This document shows positions 28,801-37,705 of a stretch of DNA of 37,705 nt, in pieces (positions within the stretch are counted from its first letter, which is position 1; the number at the start of each line of letters is the position of its first letter). A program made the translations under genes and the position numbers. Below the pieces are notes generated by a model that made no database searches, was not told where the DNA came from, and saw only the letters and a list, made by a program, of their open reading frames with translations. Origin of the DNA: a virus (Duplodnaviria > Caudoviricetes); IMG/VR virus record IMGVR_UViG_3300043775_000370, positions 1 through 37,705 of that record; one strand, 5' to 3'.

Positions 28801-29137
28801 TACGAAGTTTACTTACCGGATCCATCAATGTTTCTGATGGCATAATGGACTGGTCAACTTCATCAACAAGAACCGAAATCTTGTCAGTCGAAGACATGGC
28901 TCCAGTGTTGTATGCGAGAACAATCGTGGTTTGTGTTGAACTTGGTGAGCCAGGAGTAACCGTAGCAGTCAGAACTGGATCAGAAAAGTTGTAGATGACC
29001 TTGTTACCAGCAGTTACGTTAGTAATAAGAACAAGTCTCTCCGCAGGATAGTAATGCGGAAGAATGATTGTCTTAGTTGCAGGATTAAAAGAATAGTTTG
29101 GATTTGTACTATTCTCTAAAATTACTCTACGTGCCAT
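25898..29137 (-). CDS. Large multidomain virion structural (tail/baseplate-associated) protein
   Basis: Conserved-looking blocks YSFNP..KTI, LITNVT..KVIYNFSDP, SLIDTDFEYGLQPTKWE, VRQTRRYFRYQSGKG and DYSWYGAG, interleaved with T/S/G-rich beta domains. Confidence 0.7.
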   Translation of the reverse strand: MARRVILENSTNPNYSFNPATKTIILPHYYPAERLVLITNVTAGNKVIYNFSDPVLTATVTPGSPSSTQTTIVLAYNTGAMSSTDKISVLVDEVDQSIMPSETLMDPVSKLRISTPQSLIDTDFEYGLQPTKWETVNYLSNRSTYYPNLQQPLAVTNIITSSGSKTSTITFTQAAGTGTISNSGSTITGSGTNFTGQLVPGSALYSSGNVFIGTVSTVANNTSLQLQATANVNLSGASYNITPTQVPEAGTPIQIQDSYNDDFNGLFIADSRTGANVTYSGSSSANVTEAIFNSVSTQVFSGGFYTGAAYSIASITNSGTLVTFTTNEPHGLNIGSSIYCYGLTASTNAPNGNWTVVTVPTSTTFRVRVTSAPTGSIAVGAGGGVYAEPYGLAAHRPFDGGTSISMGTGAEGNSIVRQTRRYFRYQSGKGIQWSTGTILRPNIIVDQISSSGTTVTVTTKVAHFLFPGVSITIAGCNETAYNGNFTVVDTPTNYTFTYTALSTPSATPASGNSLLSVTNWYGASARIGMFTATNGMFFEYDGQTLWAVRRSSTTQLSGYVNVTNGSSTVTGATVNGVSTLFSKQCFPGQFISIRGMCYRVMSIASDTSLQISPPYRGVSLTGKTTAVISEIIDTKIAQTAWNLDRMDGTGPSGYNIDLAKIQMFYMDYSWYGAGAVRFGFKDQAGQVIYCHRFVHNNNLTEAYLRSGNLPARYEVNTYVPETLITGTIGSGDTSISVANTTNFPSSGSLLIRDPAGMEYVNYSGKTSGTFTGVTRGAAGNTALTGCVTVGGSTTMTTTSPTTGLQVGQRITGTGISTGTFIVSITAGSPNTIQMSRAATAAGTGLTLIVDPMGTTATGHTYSATAPIAVSLAAPQFVPAISHWGSSVIMDGRYDDDKSFVFSTPSTSSLSVAAGATNAVLSLRLAPSVDSGIPGVLGQREVLNTMQLTLRQLDILTNGIFLVKLVLNGTVDTGDLWQTAGAPSLSQVCYHTTGRNVRGGDLIYAFFVNNDGGGTIYSATQQDLNLVRDLGNSVNGGGTNNNAGSQVFPDGPDVVTVVVTSLNTNARQIQSRLSWTEAQA

Positions 29138-29154
29138 GTTTTAAACTCCATTTA

Positions 29155-32100
29155 TTAATAACCAGTCATAATTGCTATTGGACTGAAGGGATATCTCTTT
29201 GTTTGTGCTACTGTTATCTGATTTGGTGCAAGAACTCTAATTGTGCAATCCATGTTGGTTTGTGGTGCCGAAGAAAACGATATTTGAGAAACGCTTCCTG
29301 TGTTTGCTACACTGTAACCTTTGGTGAAAGATAAAAAGCCTGAACCAAAAACTATATCATATGTATTTATGAATGGAGGAATTGACATACCTCCTAATTG
29401 AACTAGAATCTGTTCGGATGCCAAAATATTTACTACATTTGAATCTGCATACAGATTAAATGTTCTCATAATACCATCAAAGTAAGCAGAAATATCATCG
29501 ATTACTGTGATGTTTGTTGTTGCAGTATTTGCAACTGCATATGCGGCATTCGCCGTGGCATAACCGGCATTAGCAGTTGAATAACCGGCATTAGCCGTTG
29601 CATATCCAGCATTAGCGGTTGCGTAGGCCGCATTAGCCATATTGCTAACACTCCAACCCAAACGACCACCTATAGGTAAACCAATTTGTTTATAAGCATC
29701 TGCGGCCGCAAATGATGACCAGTTCTGGAATGTATTCTCAGTCGATACAATAATACCATCTGTATTACCATTCGAAGAAATTAACCATTGACCACCAGTA
29801 ACACCAAATTCATTCCAACGAATGTATGTGTTTGTTTGGTTACCACGGTTGATAACCAACTGGTTGTTTGATGTTGGTGTAATTGCTGTCGTTAGACCAG
29901 CACTCATCGTAATAACGTTAGTCTGAACGTCTAAGTTAGCCGATGAAATTGATGAGAATGAACCTTGAACTTGCAGATTACCAGTAATGATTACGTTACC
30001 GGTAATAAAACCTTCACCATTAACATCAAGTGTGTAACGAGGATCACTTCTATTAACACCTAGTCTTGCACGTGGTGTATCATAGAGCATAACACCAGTG
30101 TTACCTGTTGCTATACCAGCAATCAAATTTCCGTTTGCGGTTACTGTTCCAGCGTATAAGTTTGCAGTTGCACCAGTGAGGTACAACGGGCCAGTCATTG
30201 TGTCGCCAGTTTTGGATACTTTGAGTGCCGCATTACCTGTAATTTCACCACGGAGAGTTGCTACATTTGTAGAAACAATACTGTTTGTGTATAGATTTGT
30301 TGACGATGCATTAGCCGTAATTCTTGTATTAATTATCACATTGGCTGTAGCCATGTTTGCTGTGATATAAGAATCTGTATTCAAACGAAGTGTTGTTGCA
30401 TTTGATGTAATAGAACCATTCAGTGTTGCAACGTTGTTTGTAACTTCACCACGGATTGTAGCCAAATTGGCAGCAATCATTGAAACACTTAGTGCGTTTG
30501 CCGATGCCGCATTCGCCGTAATCTCACCACGGAGAGTGGCCACATTTGCAGAGATGTTGGTATTGATTGCAGAATTGGCACTTGCCGCATTCGCCGTAAT
30601 CTCACCACGGAGAGTGGCCACATTGGCAGATATATTGGTATTGATGACCGAATTGGCTGAAGCCGCATTGGCTGTAATCTCACCACGGAGAGTAGCAACG
30701 TTTGCTGATATTTGACTGTTGATAACTGCATTAGCTGATGCCGCATTTGCAGTAATAGAACCATTAATTGTAGATACATTTGATGAGATTTCACCACGAA
30801 GTGTAGCAACGTTAGCCGTAATTCTGCCGTCTGTATATTGATTTGCGGCAATGTTGTTGGCTGTAATTTCACCACGAAGTGTAGCAACATTTGAAGATAT
30901 TTCACCTCGAAGTGTTGTTGTATTGGCCGTAATCGAACCGTTGATGAATGCCACATTAGATGCAATTGAACCATTTAATGTCGAAACATTACCGGAGATT
31001 TCACCACGAAGTGTTGCAACGTTAGCGGAGATATTAGTATTAATTACTGAGTTAGCCGATACAGCATTAGCCGTAATCTCACCACGTAACGTTGCCACAT
31101 TAGATGTAATTGAACCATTTATCGTAGCAACGTTACCAGAAATCTCACCACGCAGAGTTGCTACGTTAGCAGAAATGTTAGTATTAATGACCGAGTTGGC
31201 CGATACAGCATTAGCCGTAATCTCACCACGGAGAGTGGCCACATTTGCAGAGATGTTGGCGTTAATGACCGAGTTGGCCGATGCCGCATTAGCCGTGATT
31301 TCACCACGCAGAGTTGCTACGTTAGCAGAAATGTTAGTATTAATGACCGAGTTGGCCGATACAGCATTAGCCGTAATTTCACCACGTAGTGTGGCCACAT
31401 TAGATGTAATTGAACCATTTAATGTGGAAACATTAGATGTAATAGAACCATTTATCGTAGCAACGTTACCAGAAATCTCACCACGTAGAGTTACAACATT
31501 GGCTGTTATTTTTTGATCCATTGCAACGTTTGCAGATAGAGACTGCGTTGCAATGGATGAATTTATTGTGGTTACATTGGATGAAATCTCACCACGTAAT
31601 ATGTCAACGTTGGCAGAAATCGCAGAATTTACATATGAGTTCGATGAAGTTACATTCGATGTAATCTCACCACGCAGTGTTGCTACGTTAGATGTAATTG
31701 AGCCATTTATTGTTGCTACGTTAGCAGAGATGTTAGTATTAATTACAGAATTTGCACTTGCGGCATTAGCTGTAATTGAACCGTTGATTGTAGATACGTT
31801 AGCAGTTATTTCACCACGGAGAGTAGCTACGTTAGCCGAGATGTTAGTATTAATTACAGAATTTGCAGATGCCGCATTGGCTGTGATAGAGCCATTTATT
31901 GTGGCCACATTGGCAGATATATTGGTATTGATGACCGAATTGGCTGAAGCCGCATTGGCTGTAATCTCACCGCGGAGAGTCGCAACGTTAGCCGATATAT
32001 TGGTGTTGATGACCGAGTTAGCTGATGCCGCATTGGCTGTAATAGAGCCATTTATTGTGGCTACATTGCTGGAGATTTCACCACGAAGCGTGGCCACATT

Positions 32101-34332
32101 AGAGGAAATGTTTGTATTAATTACGGCATTAGCACTTGCCGCATTAGCGGTAATAGAACCATTAATTGTGGCTACGTTGCTGGAGATTTCACCACGAAGT
32201 GTGGCTACATTAGCGGATATTCTAGTATTGATAATAGAATTTGCAGATGCCGCATTGGCTGTAATAGAGCCATTTATTGTGGCTACGTTACTTGAAATCT
32301 CACCTCTTAATGTAGCAACGTTGGCAGAAATGTTTGTATTAATTACGGCATTAGCACTTGCCGCATTGGCAGTTATTTCACCTCTTAATGTGGCTACGTT
32401 GGCGGATATATTGGTGTTGATGACCGAATTGGCTGAAGCCGCATTGGCTGTAATGTAACCATTGATTGTTGCTACGTTAGCCGAAATTCTGGTATTAATT
32501 ACAGCATTAGCACTTGCCGCATTAGCAGTTATCTCGCCACGTAGTGTGGCCACATTAGCGGATATATTGGTATTGATTACGGAGTTGGCACTTGCGGCAT
32601 TAGAAGTTATTTCACCGCGGAGTGTGGCAACGTTGGATGCTATTGAACCATTTAACGTAGCTACATTGGATGTAATTGAGCCATTTATTGTAGCAACGTT
32701 AGCCGATATGTTGGTGTTAATGACCGAATTGGCTGAAGCGGCATTGGCAGTTATTTCTCCACGAAGTGTGGCCACATTAGCCGATATATTGGTGTTAATA
32801 ACCGAATTGGCTGAAGCCGCATTAGCGGTAATTTCACCTCTTAATGTAGCAACGTTAGCCGATATGTTTGCATTAATAACGGCATTAGCACTTGCGGCAT
32901 TAGATGTGATAGAGCCATTTATTGTGGCTACGTTGCTGGATATTTCACCTCTTAATGTAGCAACGTTTGCGGATATTCTGGTATTAATTACTGAATTGGC
33001 TGATGCCGCATTGGCTGTAATTTCACCTCTTAATGTAGCAACGTTTGCGGATATGTTAGTATTAATAACGGCATTAGCACTTGCGGCATTAGCTGTAATC
33101 TCGCCTCTTAATGTAGCAACGTTGGCCGAAATTCTGGTGTTGATAATAGAATTGGCAGAAAGTTGAACATCATTAATTGTGTTGTTTATCGTCTGAACAT
33201 TTGACGATATTTCACCACGGAGAGTTGCTACATTGGAACTAATATATGAATTTGTATTAGTTATTGAAGTGTTTACTGTAACATAAGCCGCATTTGCCGT
33301 AGCATAGCCAGCGTTTGCCGTGACATAACCGGCATTGGCTGTTGCGTATGCCGCATTTCCTGTAGCATATGCGGCATTTGCAGTTGTCGATACAATCGAT
33401 ATTGTATTAGAGATTGCAGTTGTAAAGGCTGTAGTTTGTACTGTTGCGTCAGGAAATGTTAATGTACCATCTGCACCAAATGTCCAGTTTTGTGATGCTC
33501 CTCCAGTATTGGCCCTAATTTGAACATTTGTATTAGCGTATAACTCAGCAGACACCGCTCCCATAAACAATGCAGTAGAATCATCATTAGTAGTTGTTAG
33601 ATATACGGAGTTGGCTCCGAAAGTAGTAAGGTCTAGTTTAGAATTTCCTAATCCACTAATTGGTCCTGTAATTGTGCCACCAGACAAACTTAATTTAGTG
33701 TTTGCTGTAGCATAAGCCGCATTGGCTGTTGCGTAAGCCGCATTCGCCTGGTTAAATGACGGTTGAATTTGTGGTGTTACATTATTGGCTGCCTCATATG
33801 CCGCATTGGCTTGTGCATATGCACCATTAGCTTGTGCATATGCACCATTTGCGTAACTGCCAATTGCAATCTTTTCTAACTCTGAGCCAGTATTTGTTAT
33901 TAACCAAGACTTATCAACTTCCGACCAAATAAGGAATGTATTTGGTTCATCACCTCTAGCAATTTCAATACCTGCATTTGAAATTGGAGTTCCATATGCA
34001 TTTGCATTCAATGTAATAATGTTGTCGTTGACTAAAAGTACCTGTGTGTTTGTATAAACTGTGTTACCATTAACGACAAAATCACCATTAATGGTAACAC
34101 TACCACCAATCGTACCACCCGAAGAATTAAATTTTAAATTTGCTGTATTGTATGCGGCATTGGCTGTATTATATGCAGAGTTTGCATGTAGCGAAACTGT
34201 GTTTATTTGATTTAAAACCGGGTTCAATTCTCCACTATTAGGAGCATATTGTATGTTCCTAACTCTTGTTGGATTTTGCTGGCTGCTTGATACTCTTACT
34301 GAGCCAATAGTTACTGTATTACCTGTTGCCAT
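29155..34332 (-). CDS. Giant tail fibre with a long coiled-coil stalk
   Basis: Fibre motifs (KLSLSGGTITG, KVSKTGDTMTGPL, RLGVN..DPRYTLDVNG), ANAAYAT heptads, ~1000 aa of 11/15-residue repeats and a C-terminal DDIS..FDG..RTFNL domain. Confidence 0.82.
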   Translation of the reverse strand: MATGNTVTIGSVRVSSSQQNPTRVRNIQYAPNSGELNPVLNQINTVSLHANSAYNTANAAYNTANLKFNSSGGTIGGSVTINGDFVVNGNTVYTNTQVLLVNDNIITLNANAYGTPISNAGIEIARGDEPNTFLIWSEVDKSWLITNTGSELEKIAIGSYANGAYAQANGAYAQANAAYEAANNVTPQIQPSFNQANAAYATANAAYATANTKLSLSGGTITGPISGLGNSKLDLTTFGANSVYLTTTNDDSTALFMGAVSAELYANTNVQIRANTGGASQNWTFGADGTLTFPDATVQTTAFTTAISNTISIVSTTANAAYATGNAAYATANAGYVTANAGYATANAAYVTVNTSITNTNSYISSNVATLRGEISSNVQTINNTINDVQLSANSIINTRISANVATLRGEITANAASANAVINTNISANVATLRGEITANAASANSVINTRISANVATLRGEISSNVATINGSITSNAASANAVINANISANVATLRGEITANAASANSVINTNISANVATLRGEITANAASANSVINTNISANVATINGSITSNVATLNGSIASNVATLRGEITSNAASANSVINTNISANVATLRGEITANAASANAVINTRISANVATINGYITANAASANSVINTNISANVATLRGEITANAASANAVINTNISANVATLRGEISSNVATINGSITANAASANSIINTRISANVATLRGEISSNVATINGSITANAASANAVINTNISSNVATLRGEISSNVATINGSITANAASANSVINTNISANVATLRGEITANAASANSVINTNISANVATINGSITANAASANSVINTNISANVATLRGEITANVSTINGSITANAASANSVINTNISANVATINGSITSNVATLRGEITSNVTSSNSYVNSAISANVDILRGEISSNVTTINSSIATQSLSANVAMDQKITANVVTLRGEISGNVATINGSITSNVSTLNGSITSNVATLRGEITANAVSANSVINTNISANVATLRGEITANAASANSVINANISANVATLRGEITANAVSANSVINTNISANVATLRGEISGNVATINGSITSNVATLRGEITANAVSANSVINTNISANVATLRGEISGNVSTLNGSIASNVAFINGSITANTTTLRGEISSNVATLRGEITANNIAANQYTDGRITANVATLRGEISSNVSTINGSITANAASANAVINSQISANVATLRGEITANAASANSVINTNISANVATLRGEITANAASANSAINTNISANVATLRGEITANAASANALSVSMIAANLATIRGEVTNNVATLNGSITSNATTLRLNTDSYITANMATANVIINTRITANASSTNLYTNSIVSTNVATLRGEITGNAALKVSKTGDTMTGPLYLTGATANLYAGTVTANGNLIAGIATGNTGVMLYDTPRARLGVNRSDPRYTLDVNGEGFITGNVIITGNLQVQGSFSSISSANLDVQTNVITMSAGLTTAITPTSNNQLVINRGNQTNTYIRWNEFGVTGGQWLISSNGNTDGIIVSTENTFQNWSSFAAADAYKQIGLPIGGRLGWSVSNMANAAYATANAGYATANAGYSTANAGYATANAAYAVANTATTNITVIDDISAYFDGIMRTFNLYADSNVVNILASEQILVQLGGMSIPPFINTYDIVFGSGFLSFTKGYSVANTGSVSQISFSSAPQTNMDCTIRVLAPNQITVAQTKRYPFSPIAIMTGY
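30220..33270 (-). repeat. Coding repeat array built from 33-nt ([11 protein letters not shown] / ISSNVATINGS) and 45-nt ([15 protein letters not shown]) units
   Basis: Directly visible in the translation and in recurring DNA such as TCACCACG and GCCGCATTGGCTGTAAT. Confidence 0.93.
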
Positions 34333-34686
34333 TTATAACATACCTGCTGTTTTTGTTACCTGAGGTAAAACATTAACAATTCCTTCCAAAACTCTCACTC
34401 TATTACTTCCAGAGGCTGTAGTAATATAAACATCATAAACATATCTTCCCGGGTAAATATTTGCTGTATTTGCCGAGGTCATATTCATTGTTATTGTTCC
34501 ATTAGCACCACCAGTTGTGATCGAAAATGATGCCGATGCGTTCGATGAATAATATGATTTTCTCATTTGAGAAGTTGACGTATAGCCTACGAGATTCATG
34601 GGTGCACCAGACACATCATCAAGAGTGATCGTTGTGTTAAAGTCTGCACCTTGCTCTAAAAATAGTTCTGAATAACCTGCTGGCAT
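34333..34686 (-). CDS. Small Ig-like virion protein of T4-like phage tail regions
   Basis: Pattern LFLEQGADF..TITL, SQMRKSY, GRYVYDV, RVLEGIVNV; precedes the giant fibre gene. Confidence 0.7.
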   Translation of the reverse strand: MPAGYSELFLEQGADFNTTITLDDVSGAPMNLVGYTSTSQMRKSYYSSNASASFSITTGGANGTITMNMTSANTANIYPGRYVYDVYITTASGSNRVRVLEGIVNVLPQVTKTAGML

Positions 34687-34714
34687 ATTGTTCTCTTTCT
34701 TTATCTACAACAGG

Positions 34715-34722
34715 TATTTATT
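34715..34722 (-). promoter_or_regulatory. Late-promoter-like box AATAAATA
   Basis: ATAAATA core overlapping the stop codon of the 34718 gene, ~30 nt upstream of the next start. Confidence 0.55.
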
Positions 34723-37705
34723 TGCTTTTTAATTCGGTAATTTCAGCTTTCAATTCTTTTACTACTTGAATTAAGAATGCAACCATCTTTTCGTACTTAA
34801 CGGCCTTGTATCCATTGTCACGTGTTTGCACCAATTCTGGAAGAACTTCTTCAATCTCTTGGGCAATAACACCAATGTCACGTTCAGTTCTATCTGGATA
34901 CATTTTCTGAGCAGTTTCGTTCCAGTCGAAGTAAACACCACGAATTGTATCTAATTTAAACAAGGCATTTGGAATAGTTTCAATGTTTTCTTTCAATCTT
35001 ACATCTGAAGAATAGAATGCAGTAATGTCATTTGCGGCATATATTGTTCCTATTGTTGTACCAGGGTTGGCAATGCCGATACCAAGATAACCAAGTTGTA
35101 CGTTAGCATTTGTCGCATAGTTTGGTCCTGTTGGTCCGCTTGGTCCTTGTGGTCCAGTGTTTCCAATAGGGCCGATAGGTCCTTGTGGTCCAGTGTTACC
35201 TATTGGTCCGATTGGTCCGATTGGTCCAATGGGTCCTTGTGGTCCAGTATTGCCAATTGGCCCAATAGGTCCGATAGGTCCGATTGGTCCCTGTGGTCCT
35301 GTGTTACCGATTGGTCCGATTGGTCCTTGTGGTCCGATAGGTCCAATAGGGCCGATAGGTCCAATAGGTCCGATTGGACCCTGTGGTCCAGTATTGCCAA
35401 TTGGCCCAATAGGTCCGATAGGTCCGATTGGTCCCTGTGGTCCTGTGTTACCGATTGGTCCAATAGGCCCCTGTGGTCCAGTATTACCGATTGGTCCAAT
35501 AGGCCCCTGTGGTCCAGTATTACCGATAGGTCCAATTGGTCCGATAGGTCCGATAGGTCCTTGTGGTCCGATTGGTCCGATTGGTCCTTGTGGTCCGATA
35601 GGTCCGATTGGTCCCTGTGGTCCGATAGGTCCAATAGGGCCGATTGGTCCGATAGGTCCTTGTGGTCCGATTGGTCCGATAGGTCCTTGTGGCCCAATTG
35701 GTCCGATAGGTCCTTGTGGCCCCGTTGGTCCAATATTACCTGCTCTAGTGAATTGTACTAGAACTAAATCTGCGTTAGTAAATGAACCAACCGATGAAAC
35801 GTTTGCAAGAACAACTGTTCTGAAACCTGTTGAATCTGTTACAGTACCAACAGAGAATACTGCGTATTTTGTTGTCGATGCACCAAAAACAGAGAGTCTG
35901 ATATAACCTTTAATTGCCGCATTTGATTGACCCCATTCTGTTAGTAATGCAGAAACGTCATTACCATATGTGTCAAGGTTATCAAAATAGCCAGCAGTTG
36001 CGGAACCAATTGTGGCATTGTTCAGTCTGAATGTGCCGTTACCTGGATCACCTGCTGTAGTTGTTGTGGAATATACTTGAGCAAACACAACTGCGGCACC
36101 AGAATTCAATACGTTCGATGTAACTTTATCATCAGTGTACAACTTCAGATTAGTATTGGCCGTGCTAATTACAGAATTTGTGGAAACCGCATTAGCACTA
36201 ATCTCTCCACGAAGCGTGGCCACGTTAGCTGATATATTGGTGTTAATAACAGCATTGGCTGAAGCCGCATTGGCTGTAATCTCACCACGTAGTGTGGATA
36301 CATTGGCTGAAATTTTACCATCAGTATACAACTTCATATTAGTATTGGCAGTACTTGTAGTATTATCTGTGTATGTTTTTACTGCATTCGGTGTAGATGC
36401 TTTTGTTGCATCCGTATCGATAGAGTCTTGCAACATGACCAAGCCAGCTGTAGATGTATTACCTACATATTTTTCAGTAACAATAATAAATGATAAATTG
36501 GGGTTTTCACCACCAATGTCACGGAGTGCCCATGTTCTTGTACCGTTATTGAAAATGATTTGAGCATTTGGAGTAAATGTTGGTAAACCTGCTTGTCTAT
36601 TAACACCAAAAACTGCTGTGTCAGAACCTGAAATTGGTGTATTGCCTTTTAAGTTGAACGTGTCTGTGTCATAGATTGTTGTACCATTGATAACAAAGTT
36701 ACCCTTAACTGTTAAGTTACGGTTAATCATCGCATCATGCGTTTCAATTGATGAATTTGCAAACAATGCTGTTGCATTAACGATTGTAGATGCATAAATT
36801 GTTTGAGTATTAACGTATGAGTTAGCAGATATAGAACCAACGTTCAATGCGGTAGCAATTCTACCATAAGAAGCAACATTCAGATTACCACCATTGAGTT
36901 CTGTGTTGGCTGTGATTACACCACCAATAACTCTTGTTACAGCAGATAAAGTTCCAACATTACTAGTATTTGCTTGCACCAAACCAACAATATTGGCTGA
37001 TGATGCGTTAACTGCACCAATAATATTGGCGGAACCACCAGATAGTATCGTGTTGGCTGTGATTGTACCACCCAACAAAGATGTGTTAGCAACAATGACA
37101 CCAATTCTGGCTGATGCCGCATCTACACCATTAATTACATTGGCTGAGCCGACATTCAGTTGTGTATTAGCAGTAATCGTACCACCAACCAAAGAGGTAT
37201 TAGCAATAATTGTGGCAATTCTAGCGGAACCCGCATCAATACCACCAATAACATTGGCTGATGATGCATTGACTGCGCCAATAATATTTGCAGAACCACC
37301 AGAAAGTGTTGTGTTAGCTGTGATTGTACCACCAACCAAAGAGGTATTAGCAATAATTGTGGCAATTCTAGCTGAGCCAGCATCAATACCATTGATTACA
37401 TTAGCCGAGCCAACATTGAGTTGAGTGTTCGCAGTTAATGTACCACCTAACAAAGAAGTGTTGGCAGTTATGTTGGCAATTCTGGCGGAGCCAGCATCAA
37501 TACGACCAATAACGTTAGCAGAACCTACGTTGAGTTGTGTATTGGCGGTAATTGTACCACCAACCAAAGATGTATTCGCAACTACAACGGCAATTCTAGC
37601 CGAAGCGGCATCAATACCATTGATTACATTGGCTGAACCAACATTCAGTTGTGTATTGGCGGTGATTGTTCCAGTAATAATAGATGTGTTAGCAACCAAG
37701 CCTGC
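34718..37705 (-). CDS. Tail fibre, 5' end truncated: beta-repeat region, short coiled coil, collagen tract and C-terminal S74 chaperone
   Basis: Frame is open to the window edge. Contains 38-aa repeats [47 protein letters not shown] collagen, and [36 protein letters not shown]. Confidence 0.87.
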   Translation of the reverse strand, partial: AGLVANTSIITGTITANTQLNVGSANVINGIDAASARIAVVVANTSLVGGTITANTQLNVGSANVIGRIDAGSARIANITANTSLLGGTLTANTQLNVGSANVINGIDAGSARIATIIANTSLVGGTITANTTLSGGSANIIGAVNASSANVIGGIDAGSARIATIIANTSLVGGTITANTQLNVGSANVINGVDAASARIGVIVANTSLLGGTITANTILSGGSANIIGAVNASSANIVGLVQANTSNVGTLSAVTRVIGGVITANTELNGGNLNVASYGRIATALNVGSISANSYVNTQTIYASTIVNATALFANSSIETHDAMINRNLTVKGNFVINGTTIYDTDTFNLKGNTPISGSDTAVFGVNRQAGLPTFTPNAQIIFNNGTRTWALRDIGGENPNLSFIIVTEKYVGNTSTAGLVMLQDSIDTDATKASTPNAVKTYTDNTTSTANTNMKLYTDGKISANVSTLRGEITANAASANAVINTNISANVATLRGEISANAVSTNSVISTANTNLKLYTDDKVTSNVLNSGAAVVFAQVYSTTTTAGDPGNGTFRLNNATIGSATAGYFDNLDTYGNDVSALLTEWGQSNAAIKGYIRLSVFGASTTKYAVFSVGTVTDSTGFRTVVLANVSSVGSFTNADLVLVQFTRAGNIGPTGPQGPIGPIGPQGPIGPIGPQGPIGPIGPIGPIGPQGPIGPIGPQGPIGPIGPQGPIGPIGPIGPIGNTGPQGPIGPIGNTGPQGPIGPIGNTGPQGPIGPIGPIGPIGNTGPQGPIGPIGPIGPIGPIGPQGPIGPIGNTGPQGPIGPIGPIGPIGNTGPQGPIGPIGPIGPIGNTGPQGPIGPIGNTGPQGPSGPTGPNYATNANVQLGYLGIGIANPGTTIGTIYAANDITAFYSSDVRLKENIETIPNALFKLDTIRGVYFDWNETAQKMYPDRTERDIGVIAQEIEEVLPELVQTRDNGYKAVKYEKMVAFLIQVVKELKAEITELKSK
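35122..35740 (-). repeat. Collagen Gly-Pro-X tract
   Basis: Uninterrupted Gly-X-Y tract of ~200 aa. Confidence 0.95.
36900..37705 (-). repeat. ~114-nt (38-aa) tandem coding repeats, probable triple beta-helix/spiral fibre shaft
   Basis: Repeated TITANT.L..GSAN(V/I)I..IDA.SARIA..(V/I)ANTSL units, some with a 10-aa insertion. Confidence 0.85.

Noticed and set aside
7357-29137. Apparent abundance of classical N-X-S/T sequons in structural proteins
   Set aside because: In the 1079-aa protein the count is about what its N and S/T content predicts, the terminase also has several, and NKS/NRS is inherent to RCC1 repeats. Not convincing without statistics.
30098-33523. Long plus-strand ORFs antisense to the coiled-coil stalk (and 36135-37424)
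   Set aside because: Shadow ORFs from stop-poor repeat DNA in register with the sense codons; no independent coding signal.
1-37705. tRNA, rRNA, introns, inteins, homing endonucleases or IS elements
   Set aside because: Intergenic gaps are all under ~75 nt and core genes (gp17, gp18, gp20) are of normal, uninterrupted length; none seen.

Overview
This window is part of a T4-like (Tevenvirinae/Kyanoviridae-like) myovirus genome. It is almost fully coding and every credible gene is on the minus strand. In transcription order (right to left) there are four blocks. (1) A giant tail-fibre/adhesin block: two collagen fibres with S74 intramolecular chaperones, a 1725-aa fibre with an ~1000-residue 11/15-residue-repeat coiled-coil stalk, a 1079-aa multidomain virion protein and an 1816-aa RCC1-repeat protein. 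(2) A 10-gene glyco-/sulfo-/methyl-modification cassette behind a T4 late-promoter-like box: TPR-GT9 glycosyltransferase, sulfotransferase, three methyltransferases, an APS-kinase/nucleotidyltransferase fusion, HldC-, HldA- and HldD-like ADP-heptose enzymes and a cupin. (3) The canonical gp13-gp20 morphogenesis run. (4) Small head genes. The most striking observation is that the 35 RCC1 blades of the 1816-aa protein parse, via dedicated 'open' and 'close' linkers, into five exactly 7-bladed propellers nested as a branched tree, A[B[C]][D[E]], with hypervariable loops shuffled among blades. Next is the adjacent cassette, which together with a small-Asn-small motif spread across unrelated virion proteins suggests phage-encoded decoration of the virion. 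All family assignments come from motif recognition only; no searches were run.
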